From Candidatus Latescibacterota bacterium (lineage in GTDB: Bacteria > Latescibacterota > UBA2968 > UBA8231): a stretch of DNA of 64,000 nt. The stretch's first letter is position 1. Each line of letters opens with the position of its first letter. A program made the position numbers and the translations under genes. The stretch spans positions 64,001-128,000 of the forward strand of contig OY730476.1 of the NCBI GenBank assembly GCA_963422735.1, written 5' to 3'. The notes under the pieces are model-generated. The model worked only from the letters and a program-made list of their open reading frames with translations, was not told the origin of the DNA and did not search any database. Positions 12,916-22,076 of the stretch are shown piece by piece.

Positions 12916-14331
12916 ATGAGTGAGGCGCGATGTTATCCAACGCTCAGCGAGGACATGCGGGCGCGCGGTCTGGGGGCTATGCTGCGCATTTTTGGTCCGG
13001 GTGCCATCATCGCCTCGGTGACGATTGGCAGCGGCGAGACGGTATTCGCCTCGCGGGGTGGAGCGGTATTCGGCTATGCCCTGCTGTGGTGCTTTATCGG
13101 CGGTGGATTGATGAAGTTCGTCCAAGTCTATACGGCGGCGCGTTATATGACTTTAACGGGGGAACATCCGCTCGAACGCTGGAAGTTTTTGCCTGGGCCG
13201 CAGGGCTGGGTGGTGTGGGTTATGACGGTGCTGACCGTGCTTTGCTTTCCGCTGTGGCTGTCGGGTTTGCCCAAGATGCTCGGCGGGCTGACGGTGTGGA
13301 TCTTGGGCTGTGAGGGGCTGGCTATATGGGGCGATCCCCGCGTGTGGGGCACGGCCTTTGTCGCCTTGGCCATTGCTATTACTATGGTACAGAGCTATGG
13401 CGCGCTGGAGAAATTTCAGACTGTGGTCGTCGGCGTCCTGCTGCTCTCGGTCTTGACGGCCGCTGCTGCCGCGCAGCCCGACTGGCTGGCGGTGTTGATA
13501 GGGTCTGTCGTGCCGACTATGCCCGCGTATGATGCTTGGCTGATTAGCAAGTATCCGGCGGTGGCGGCGCGCTCGGCTTGGGTGGAATTGGGCACCTACC
13601 TAGGTGCGATCGGCGGCGGCACTCAGGACTACTTTGGCTACATCGGTATGTTGCGGGAGAAGGCTTGGGGCCTGTTGGGCCGCAAAGTGGAGGCCGCCGA
13701 GGAAGGAGTGGCCATCGAGTCTGACGATGAAAATATCGCCCGGGGCCGAGCTTGGCTGCGGGGTCCATTGGTGGACTCAGGGGTCTCCTTTGTTTGCGTA
13801 GTGATTTTTACCATGGCTTTTGTGGTGCTCGGCGCGGCCGTGCTTCGCCCCCAGCATATCGTGCCGGAGGGGATGCAGCTACTGTCGGTGCAGGCTGATT
13901 TCCTCACGCTCCTGCACCCGGCCTTGGTCTATCTGTATCAATTAGGCGTGTTCACCGCGTTTTTTGGCACTATCATGGCCGCGTACGAGCTCTATACGCG
14001 CACCACCTACGAGTGCTTACGGCCCATCGTCCGGCGGATGCGCGAGGTACCCGTTGCCCGGTTGCGGCCGTGGGTGGTAGCCTACTGCGGCGTTGGCGGC
14101 GTTGCCATTATGTGGATGGGTGGCAACCCGGTGGTGATCGTGACGCCAGCGGCGATTTTCGGTGGGGTTCTCACCTGCGGTCTGTGGTGCTTGCTGATGG
14201 TGTGGACCGACCACCGCTTCCTGCCAGCACCGCTGCGCATGGGGTGGCCGCTGCGGGTGCTCAATTTGGTCAGCGGCCTCTTCCTCACGGGCTGGGGCCT
14301 CCGCAGTGCCTTCGACTTCTTCACGGGTTGA
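12916..14331 (+). CDS. Nramp/APC-superfamily membrane transporter
   Basis: GPGAIIASVTIGSGE..ASRGGAVFGYALLW motif and about 11 hydrophobic segments. Confidence 0.85.
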   Translation: MSEARCYPTLSEDMRARGLGAMLRIFGPGAIIASVTIGSGETVFASRGGAVFGYALLWCFIGGGLMKFVQVYTAARYMTLTGEHPLERWKFLPGPQGWVVWVMTVLTVLCFPLWLSGLPKMLGGLTVWILGCEGLAIWGDPRVWGTAFVALAIAITMVQSYGALEKFQTVVVGVLLLSVLTAAAAAQPDWLAVLIGSVVPTMPAYDAWLISKYPAVAARSAWVELGTYLGAIGGGTQDYFGYIGMLREKAWGLLGRKVEAAEEGVAIESDDENIARGRAWLRGPLVDSGVSFVCVVIFTMAFVVLGAAVLRPQHIVPEGMQLLSVQADFLTLLHPALVYLYQLGVFTAFFGTIMAAYELYTRTTYECLRPIVRRMREVPVARLRPWVVAYCGVGGVAIMWMGGNPVVIVTPAAIFGGVLTCGLWCLLMVWTDHRFLPAPLRMGWPLRVLNLVSGLFLTGWGLRSAFDFFTG

Positions 14332-15473
14332 ACGGCGTGCGCGTCTCCAGCGACATCTGGACACAAGTCGAAGCCGTATTGCACAGCGGCACCCGGCTGG
14401 CCTTGGCGACCACCGGCGGGGGCAGTAAACTCATTAGCTGGCTCTTGAATCACCCCGGGGCCTCGTGCGCGGTCGTCGAAGCCCAAGTCCCCTATAGTGC
14501 GCGCGCACTAGCGGCGTATTTGGCCTCGGTGGGGCCGCATCGGGTAAACGAGCAAACGGCGCGGGATATGGCGGGGCGAGCCTTTGTGCGGGCCGCTTCC
14601 TTTGCCGAGCCGGGGCAGGGTTGCATCGGCGTGGGCTGCAGTGCGGCCTTGGCGACGAACAGGGCACGGCGCGGCGCGGACCGAGGCTGCATCGCGCTGC
14701 GTTTGGAGTGCGCCTATCGCTTGTACACCCTGCGCTTTGAACAGGGCGCAGCCGACCGCTTGGAGCAAGAGGAGGTCTTGAGCCGCTTGGCCTTGGAGGC
14801 CATAGTGGAGGCCTGCGGTGGCCCGGTCGCCGGTGCATCGCTGCCCGACTACATGCACCTTGCGCGGCGCGAGCTGTCGTTGGACGATCCGCTGAGCTTG
14901 CTGTTTGCGGGCGAGTTGGATGTCGTCGAAATGCGGCCCGATGGGGCGCTCGCGCCCGAGGTTGAGCGCGGGCAACGCCTGCTCTTGTCCGGGTCCTTCA
15001 ACCCGCTGCATGAGGGACACGAGCAGCTCGCGGCCGCGGCGGGACAGCTAAGTGGTCGGCAGCCGAGCCTGGAACTGTCCATCGAAAATGTCGATAAGCC
15101 ACCTCTGCAAAGGAGCGCGGTCGAGCAGCGCCTAGCACAGATGCGCGGTCGCTTCCCAGTGGTGGTTACGCGGTCGCCGACCTTTTTGCAGAAGGCCCGG
15201 CTATTTGGCGGTTGCCATTTCGCGATTGGGTACGATACGGCCGTGCGGCTTTTGCAGGGCCAGTATTACGATGAAGGAGAGCGGGGCGCGACTGCGGCCT
15301 TGGAGGAATTTGCCGCTGGGGGCTATCGCTTTTGGGTCGCCGGCCGGGTGGATAAAGAGGCGTACCGCACCTTAGCTGATATAGAGGTACCCGCAAAGTA
15401 CGCGGACCTTTTCTCGCCCGTGCCCTTTAGGATGGATATCAGCTCCACGGAACTCCGCGTGCGGAAGGCTTAG
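14328..15473 (+). CDS. CinA/PncC-like domain fused to an HxGH nucleotidyltransferase domain
   Basis: N-terminal ATTGGGS..LLNHPGAS...VPYS; C-terminal SGSFNPLHEGH, NVDKP, IGYDT, DISSTELR; TTG start overlaps the upstream TGA. Confidence 0.8.
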   Translation: MNGVRVSSDIWTQVEAVLHSGTRLALATTGGGSKLISWLLNHPGASCAVVEAQVPYSARALAAYLASVGPHRVNEQTARDMAGRAFVRAASFAEPGQGCIGVGCSAALATNRARRGADRGCIALRLECAYRLYTLRFEQGAADRLEQEEVLSRLALEAIVEACGGPVAGASLPDYMHLARRELSLDDPLSLLFAGELDVVEMRPDGALAPEVERGQRLLLSGSFNPLHEGHEQLAAAAGQLSGRQPSLELSIENVDKPPLQRSAVEQRLAQMRGRFPVVVTRSPTFLQKARLFGGCHFAIGYDTAVRLLQGQYYDEGERGATAALEEFAAGGYRFWVAGRVDKEAYRTLADIEVPAKYADLFSPVPFRMDISSTELRVRKA

Positions 15474-15477
15474 GGCG

Positions 15478-15777
15478 ATGCTGGAAGAAGAATGGGAAGA
15501 GCCTGAGGCTGTGGAAGTGCCCATCGACGGCACGCTGGACCTGCACACCTTCCATCCGCGCGACCTCAAAGAGCTGTTGCCCGACTATTTGGACGCCTGT
15601 CGCCAAGCGGGCATTTTGCAGGTGCGCGTCATCCACGGCAAGGGCACGGGCCAGTTGCGGCGCTCGGTCCACGCTATTTTGGCCCGCTTACCCGAAGTGG
15701 AGGCATTCCGCTTGGCCGGCGAAGGTGGCGGCGGCTGGGGGGCCACCTTGGTCTGGTTGGTGCCGCTCGACGTTTGA
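15478..15777 (+). CDS. Smr/MutS2 C-terminal domain protein
   Basis: LDLHTF...VRVIHGKGTGQLRRSV...GGWGATLVWL. Confidence 0.92.
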   Translation: MLEEEWEEPEAVEVPIDGTLDLHTFHPRDLKELLPDYLDACRQAGILQVRVIHGKGTGQLRRSVHAILARLPEVEAFRLAGEGGGGWGATLVWLVPLDV

Positions 15778-15975
15778 CTATAGAAGGAACGTCGCGGCAG
15801 GACGGCCCTGGTGCTTCCAGCCGACCACAATCCCCTCGTCGAGGAGGCGGCACTCCGTCTGGCTGAAGCCGGCCTCAGCCATCAGTGCTTCGATTTCCGG
15901 CCCGGTGCGCTGATCCCCAATTTCCTCGGAGAGAATCTAGGCGGTTTTGGCCCGTTCGACATGATGGATTTTGGC
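15778..15975 (-). pseudogene. Possible O-methyltransferase C-terminal remnant
   Basis: Minus frame reads ...*ILSEEIGDQRTGPEIEALMAEAGFSQTEC...*, resembling the G.ERT..E...L...AGF tail of Methyltransf_2; no start. Confidence 0.3.
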
Positions 15976-16210
15976 CGGACGCGTCGCGTCAACGCAACGA
16001 GAATGTCGGCTCGCCCGCTCCTGAAGTATTCAAAGCTAAGCCCCGTATTTTCTTGATTTATCCAATGCGCATAGATAGATTGCTACAATTATTTAGACTG
16101 TAACAACCTGTAGTAAATGTCATAATTTCAAAGAGTTGCAGTCTCCGACGTGCCATTCAGAAGTGCGCAAGACTAGAATCGCGGCCGCTATTAAGGAGCC
16201 GGTCCTCACC

Positions 16211-18229
16211 ATGGAATATCGTCCTACGGGTCTCCTTTTCAAGCTACTGCATTCGTTGCAGATAGTCCCTCCTCTGCCAATCCTCCTCTTGCTGCTGTCC
16301 GTGTGCTCAATCAGCGCGCAGGATGTTTTTACGGTCGGTGGCGACAAACATCCTTGGCTCAATTCCGGCACAACTCCCGGGGGCGTGATCGATTTTGTCG
16401 AGCAATTGGAAACGATCGAAGACGCCAACGGCGAAAAAGTGTTCGCCGTTGGCATGGATTCCCGGCAAAACTGGATCATGCCGCTGCGCTTGCGCTCTGA
16501 TTTCAACATTTCGCTCGGTGTTCTCGAGCGGGGAGGTACTATAGATATTCCGGGGCTGGATGCTAGTCAGAAGAATCCAGAGCAATTGGCAGGCATGCTC
16601 AATGGCGATCACCGAGTGGCTTTTGATCGCAAGTTCGTCGCCGGCCGCATCGTGCGCAACAACGGCGTCACCATTCGCATTGACCTCGGTGCGCGCTTCG
16701 GAGTGGACCGAATCGCGTTCTATCCGAGAATGACGGCGTCGTTTCCCTTTGAGAACGAATTCATGCGGGGATATGAGTTGTTCCTCAACGACGGCTCGCC
16801 GCAAAATCTCTTTGCCAGTGGTCAGCCCATTTTTACCTCGCCGGTGCGGCGCGATCCAGACAACCGCGAGGCCAGAGTAGAAGCACAGATCACCCCCCAA
16901 TTTGTCCGCTTTCTGCAACTCAAGTCGATTTCTACGCTCGGATTTGAAATTGACGAGATAGAGGTGTACGGCAGGGGTTTCGTACCGACGGCCAGCTATG
17001 TGTCCAATGTGCTAGATCTGGGCGAGGAGGTAGTCTGGGGGCGAATCGCTTGGGGCGAAGTGGCCGCGGGCAATAGCGCGGATTCTAAGATAGAAGTCCG
17101 CGTACGCAGCGGGCAGGATACGACGCCGGATATCTTTTTCCGCAATGCCAATGTAGGAGGCAGGCAACCCGAATATGTGACCACCGACAGCGAGGGCAAT
17201 GCGCTGACAGAAGAAGCCTTCGAAAAACTGGCGAAAAATCAGCGGGGACCCATCAGATCCGACACCGACAACGGCTGGGTCCAGTGGCAAGTGGTCGACA
17301 ATGGCACCCTTCTGACGGTGCCGGCACCACGGCGCTACTTCCAGTTTCGCATCGACTTTACCAATCTAAGCTTGGATGCTAGCCGCGCTGTCTCCGACTT
17401 GGGCTTCCAGTTTGCACGGCCCCCAGTTGACCGCATCGTCGCCGAGGTGGGACCACCGTGGACCGAGGTTGGCAAACAGACGACTTTTACGTACTTTGCC
17501 CGCATCGCCAATACTACGGGCCGGCCGGGATTCACGCGCTTTGAAATCGAAACCCCGGCCCGCATCGCGGCCATCCATTCGGTGGAGATCCAAGATAGAG
17601 GGGGCAATCGCCTAGATGGAGCCGAGTTCAGCGGCGATTTGGCTGATGTGTCTTTGCCCCTGCGCGTCGGATCGTTCTCCATTGAGGCGGTGAAGGACGA
17701 CCACTTTGCCCTAAGCTTACCTCTGATCAACGCCGATGGCACCCTTTTGAAGATTGTCTTTGATGCAGCCGTGTTCCGCTATGGTACGCGTTTCCAAGGG
17801 CGGGCCTTTGCCGATGCTAGCGTACAAGTACCACTACAGACCGAGGGCGGGGATGCTTCAGCCGAACAGGATACCGACGAGTTGCTAGTGCGGATTCCCG
17901 TGGGCTCGCAAGTGGCTGGTCCGCTGGCAATCCAGCCGCGGATCTTCACCCCCAATGGAGATGGGGCCAATGACGCGGCGGAAATAAGCTATGCGGTTCT
18001 GCACCTGCTCGAACCATCGCCGAGCGAGGTAAGTATCTATGACTTGGCCGGTGGCCGCGTGCGGCGGCTCAACGCTGCCGAGGTCCAAAACGGCCACATC
18101 CAGCTACAGTGGGACGGTCGCGGCGACGACGATCGCCTAGTGCGGCCGGGCATCTACTTGGCGGTAGTGGAAATTCGCTCCGACCGGGAGACCGAGCGGC
18201 GGTTCAACAGTGTATCCGTGGTATACTAG
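16211..18229 (+). CDS. Exported protein, discoidin-like domain + C-terminal FlgD-Ig/CHU_C-like domain (paralog 1)
   Basis: Signal peptide; IRIDLGARFGVDRIAFYPR...EIDEIEVYG; FTPNGDGAND...IYDLAG...WDGR...PGIYL...VVY; aaggag upstream of ATG 16211. Confidence 0.85.
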   Translation: MEYRPTGLLFKLLHSLQIVPPLPILLLLLSVCSISAQDVFTVGGDKHPWLNSGTTPGGVIDFVEQLETIEDANGEKVFAVGMDSRQNWIMPLRLRSDFNISLGVLERGGTIDIPGLDASQKNPEQLAGMLNGDHRVAFDRKFVAGRIVRNNGVTIRIDLGARFGVDRIAFYPRMTASFPFENEFMRGYELFLNDGSPQNLFASGQPIFTSPVRRDPDNREARVEAQITPQFVRFLQLKSISTLGFEIDEIEVYGRGFVPTASYVSNVLDLGEEVVWGRIAWGEVAAGNSADSKIEVRVRSGQDTTPDIFFRNANVGGRQPEYVTTDSEGNALTEEAFEKLAKNQRGPIRSDTDNGWVQWQVVDNGTLLTVPAPRRYFQFRIDFTNLSLDASRAVSDLGFQFARPPVDRIVAEVGPPWTEVGKQTTFTYFARIANTTGRPGFTRFEIETPARIAAIHSVEIQDRGGNRLDGAEFSGDLADVSLPLRVGSFSIEAVKDDHFALSLPLINADGTLLKIVFDAAVFRYGTRFQGRAFADASVQVPLQTEGGDASAEQDTDELLVRIPVGSQVAGPLAIQPRIFTPNGDGANDAAEISYAVLHLLEPSPSEVSIYDLAGGRVRRLNAAEVQNGHIQLQWDGRGDDDRLVRPGIYLAVVEIRSDRETERRFNSVSVVY

Positions 18230-18256
18230 GTGCTAGCCAAGTGAGGAGGGAGGATT

Positions 18257-20926
18257 TTGAGCAAGTGCCATCTGATTGTAGTAGGTGCTGTTCTCTACGC
18301 GCTAGGTTGGAGTGCTCCGACGGGGGTCGGTGCCCAAGATTACGGCTCGCGCCTCGGTAGGGTGAAGCAGGGTGGAGAGGTGGATTTTTCCCCACGAGGA
18401 CCGGGGGTATTATTCGATGGGCTGAATCCGGCAGTACGCAAATGGTACGTCCCTCAAGAATTGTATAAAGAGTACCAGTGGAGACAGTGGGAGTACTCCA
18501 GTTACGCCCGCGATCCCTATCAGCGCTATGTGGACACCGCATTGGAGGGCGATTACTTCTACGATTTCTTCGGCAATCTAGTCACCCGGGGCTGGTTGAT
18601 CTACGATTGGCAGCAAGATCGCCCCCAGCAATTCGGCAGCAGCATCCTCAAGACCAACAGGTTCAACCAATGGTTCAACCGAGTAGCCGTCTCTTCGGAC
18701 CACAAGGGACAATACTACTACAGCATCACGATTGGCGATGAGATCCGCACTACTTTGACGCCAATGACTTTTTCTAAACCCACATTCAACGGTATTCAGT
18801 GGGACTTTGCTGCCGACAAGTACCAGGGTACTCTCCTGTTGGCTCGGCCCAGTCGGCCGGCCGTGGCCACTTCGCTGGATATCCCCGATCAGAAGACTAG
18901 TGTCACCAACTTACTAGGTGGGCGGGGCATCGTCCAAGTAGGAGACTTCGTCGAGGTCGGGGCGACCTATGTGACCGCCTTTCAGGGGCAGACGCTATTC
19001 GACGATTTCACCGGCAACCCTTTTGCGGGTGGGGCTCTGACCACCGACCAGAATGCGCTGCCTATATCCCGCATCATTATTCGGTTGTCGGACGACTCGC
19101 CCGCAGACGGAGTGGGTGGGGCGGCCCTGTTTGACGACGAGATTGTCATCGAGGATGTGGACGGCAACATTTTCAGAGGCAGTGCCATAGGATTCGAGCC
19201 CATACGCGAAGGGGGGTTCCAACGGGTGGGGTTTTTAGCTGCGGACGGAGACGAGCGCATTACCCTCACCTACGACTTTACTGACCCTTTGTACACCGGG
19301 CCCGATCCTACGACTATTGAAAGAGTATCCTTTGAATTGGTGATCTCCAACGACTACAAGGTGGAAATCACGTCGGACCGGCAGACTAACCGGGACTCAC
19401 AGCCCGTCTTCTTGCTGATCGAACGGGCCCAGAACAATATCCGCGACAACTCCAACCAGCGACTGTTGAAATTCGACTACGGTCTGCCCACGGCCAATAC
19501 CATCCTTGGCGTTACCTTCGAGGCCAACAAGGTCTGGGGTTTTGACTTTTACGGGGAGTACGATTTCAACAATCAGTACCGCCAGTATCCCAATCTCAAT
19601 CTAAAGGATCATCGCAAGGCGGTTAACGACGCCCAGGCATGGATGTTCAACCTGTCCAAGTCGCCCTATCCTTGGTTCGTCTTCCTCGAAGGCTATAGCA
19701 TGGACGCGGACTATTCTACCCGCACCTTCCTAGCGGGTACTCGGGGACAGGACGAAATCGATTACGAAGACGAAATATCCTATATCTACGAGTTCGTCGA
19801 GGACAACGATGACCAAGACCGCCGGCCGGACTGGAACCGCTATGGTATGCTGTCGGACAATGCGGTCTTTCCAGGTTTTGACGAGAACAACGATTTCGTC
19901 TCGGATTTCAACCAGAACGATACGGAGGATCGACAGAACTTCATTCCCGATTACGAAGAGCCTTTCCTGCGCTATCACGCCGATAGACCCGAATACCTCT
20001 TTGGCGTTGACATGAACAACAATAGCTGGATCGACCGCTTTGAAAACGACGAAGAACCCGATTATCCCTACGGGCGCGACCACCGTGGCTACAATATCTA
20101 TGCGGGAACCCACATCGGGCCCGAGGCCCGGCTAACCGTCGGGCGTTTGCGCGAAAAACTGCTGGCGGGGGATCGCAAAAACGAATCCACGTACCTGCTC
20201 TTCACCTACGAAAGAGATTTTGCTCAGTTGGGCCGTTTGCGGGTGTTCGACAATTTCAAGCTGGTCGAGGACGACATTCCCGACAACCTCTTCCAGTGGG
20301 TGCAGCCGTCTAATTCCCGCGGTACTCAACAGCGCGTTTTCGATTTGCTCCCGGCTCGCGACACTTGGGTCAACACTTCCTATGTACAGTTCGATTTCAC
20401 GCGCATAAGGAACCTGAATGTAATCAACAAATTCAAGACTGAAATCTACAACCAGCGCCGGGATCAGCGCGACCTGCGCGGCACGGCCAGCTTTGTTGGT
20501 CTTATCAACAAAGTCGATTACACTTTCCCAGTGAGAAATATCGAACTTGAACCGCGCTTCAAGAGCGAATTTTTGCGCGAGTACCCCATTCGCAAGCGCG
20601 ACCCGGAGCGCCGGGAGTTGGCCGAGACGCTTTTTCTCATTGCCCGCATTCCTCTGCTCTCCCATACGCTCATCGAGTTGGGACTGGAACTATCCCATTT
20701 TGAGCAGTTCCGCGACGACGAGGAGGGGGTGCCGGTCAATCGCGATTTGGAGCCGGATTCCTTTAGTCGCATCGTCGCGGTGCAATTTAATAACTCCTCG
20801 GATTACTTGGGCTACAGGCTCCATCTGCAGACGGGATTTCGCCTGCAGAAGCTGACGTTTGAAAATCTGCCCCCTAGCACGACTAGCAAGATATTCATGA
20901 CGGCCTATGCAGGGCTAGAACGCTAG
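18257..20926 (+). CDS. Large exported hypothetical protein, putative outer-membrane protein with acidic Ca-binding-like loops
   Basis: TTG start after gaggaggg RBS; signal peptide; DNDDQD, DENNDFVSD, DMNNNSWID motifs; alternating amphipathic strands in the C-terminal third. Confidence 0.8.
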   Translation: MSKCHLIVVGAVLYALGWSAPTGVGAQDYGSRLGRVKQGGEVDFSPRGPGVLFDGLNPAVRKWYVPQELYKEYQWRQWEYSSYARDPYQRYVDTALEGDYFYDFFGNLVTRGWLIYDWQQDRPQQFGSSILKTNRFNQWFNRVAVSSDHKGQYYYSITIGDEIRTTLTPMTFSKPTFNGIQWDFAADKYQGTLLLARPSRPAVATSLDIPDQKTSVTNLLGGRGIVQVGDFVEVGATYVTAFQGQTLFDDFTGNPFAGGALTTDQNALPISRIIIRLSDDSPADGVGGAALFDDEIVIEDVDGNIFRGSAIGFEPIREGGFQRVGFLAADGDERITLTYDFTDPLYTGPDPTTIERVSFELVISNDYKVEITSDRQTNRDSQPVFLLIERAQNNIRDNSNQRLLKFDYGLPTANTILGVTFEANKVWGFDFYGEYDFNNQYRQYPNLNLKDHRKAVNDAQAWMFNLSKSPYPWFVFLEGYSMDADYSTRTFLAGTRGQDEIDYEDEISYIYEFVEDNDDQDRRPDWNRYGMLSDNAVFPGFDENNDFVSDFNQNDTEDRQNFIPDYEEPFLRYHADRPEYLFGVDMNNNSWIDRFENDEEPDYPYGRDHRGYNIYAGTHIGPEARLTVGRLREKLLAGDRKNESTYLLFTYERDFAQLGRLRVFDNFKLVEDDIPDNLFQWVQPSNSRGTQQRVFDLLPARDTWVNTSYVQFDFTRIRNLNVINKFKTEIYNQRRDQRDLRGTASFVGLINKVDYTFPVRNIELEPRFKSEFLREYPIRKRDPERRELAETLFLIARIPLLSHTLIELGLELSHFEQFRDDEEGVPVNRDLEPDSFSRIVAVQFNNSSDYLGYRLHLQTGFRLQKLTFENLPPSTTSKIFMTAYAGLER

Positions 20927-21086
20927 TGGGTTTGATCTTCGCGAAGTTGAATCAGGTTGAGATTGCAGTGATATAACATGGCGATCTGTTAGTAGCTGAA
21001 AGGAGGAGAAAAAACAGTCGTCGTTTTATCCCCGATTGGGGTAGCAAAAGACACAATGACTCACTAACTGAAAAAGAGGTATTGCA

Positions 21087-21959
21087 ATGAAGAGAATTAA
21101 TGAGGCAGTAAGTGCTTTACTGGTCTCGGCCCTCATGGTCGGCTCGGCTTTTAGCCACCAAGGGGAGATGAAGTTCATGTTCCAGTTCCCAGATCACCTG
21201 ACGCCAGTGCTGGATGGCGATATGTCGGACTGGGACATTGTCACCGATGTGTACAAGATCAAAGCCGAAACCATGTTCAATCAGTTCGGCGCGCCCATGG
21301 ATTTGAGCGACTTCAATGCCTCGCTCATTTGGGGCTACAACATCAACGACGGCAAGGCCTATTTTGCAGCTTGGGTTGCCGACGACTTCATCAACAATAC
21401 CGAGAAATGGTCGACGACTACAGATTGGGACCACTCCGGCGGCATCTTTCGCGGCTTCGACCAGGGGGATGATTTCGAGACCCGCTGGGCCAGTGCCCAA
21501 GCCCAACGCTACGATCTAGCCGGCCCAATTTTCAGCTCTTCCGGTTATTATACCCGGATTATCGATGGCTCCAAAGCTTGGGCGGGCCAGCCCCCTTACG
21601 TGGAGTGGGCCGGCAAGTTTCTCCGCGGCGACGTCAATACCCAGGAGCCAGCTGAAATGTTCGGCGAGTACTCCATTGTGCCCTTTGACGACATCCATCC
21701 CGACGGTGCCGAACAGAGTGTTAGACACAATTGGGTCGAAGGCACAATTGTCGGCACAGAGGTCAACTGGGGCGACAAGGATGCCGATCCCGGCTCCTAT
21801 GACGATGCCTACTGGTCCGGTTTCGGCGGCATAGGTGCTTCTCGGGATGCCGACCAGTTCGGCGACTATTTGTTGGCCCCCATCGAAGAGGGGTTGCCCG
21901 ACACCAGAGCGACCGCAGTCGAGGCCAGCACTTGGGGCCAGATCAAGTCCACCTTCTAA
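21087..21959 (+). CDS. Exported CBM9/DOMON-like protein with C-terminal TWGxIK motif
   Basis: Signal peptide (SAFS-HQG); PVLDGDMSDWD; ends TAVEASTWGQIKSTF. Confidence 0.8.
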   Translation: MKRINEAVSALLVSALMVGSAFSHQGEMKFMFQFPDHLTPVLDGDMSDWDIVTDVYKIKAETMFNQFGAPMDLSDFNASLIWGYNINDGKAYFAAWVADDFINNTEKWSTTTDWDHSGGIFRGFDQGDDFETRWASAQAQRYDLAGPIFSSSGYYTRIIDGSKAWAGQPPYVEWAGKFLRGDVNTQEPAEMFGEYSIVPFDDIHPDGAEQSVRHNWVEGTIVGTEVNWGDKDADPGSYDDAYWSGFGGIGASRDADQFGDYLLAPIEEGLPDTRATAVEASTWGQIKSTF

Positions 21960-22007
21960 TAAGGCCGACTCGACTGCCTGTACCATAGACGTTGAAGGAT
22001 AGTTTCA

Positions 22008-22047
22008 GGCGGGATTTACGGGTGACTGTAAATCCCGCCGTTCTATT
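22008..22047 (+). terminator. Intercistronic stem-loop (weak terminator or mRNA stabiliser)
   Basis: Perfect 12-bp stem ggcgggatttac / gtaaatcccgcc with an 8-nt loop, followed by gttctatt. Confidence 0.7.
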
Positions 22048-22076
22048 AGCTGGCGACCAAGCAAAGGAGGCACCGG

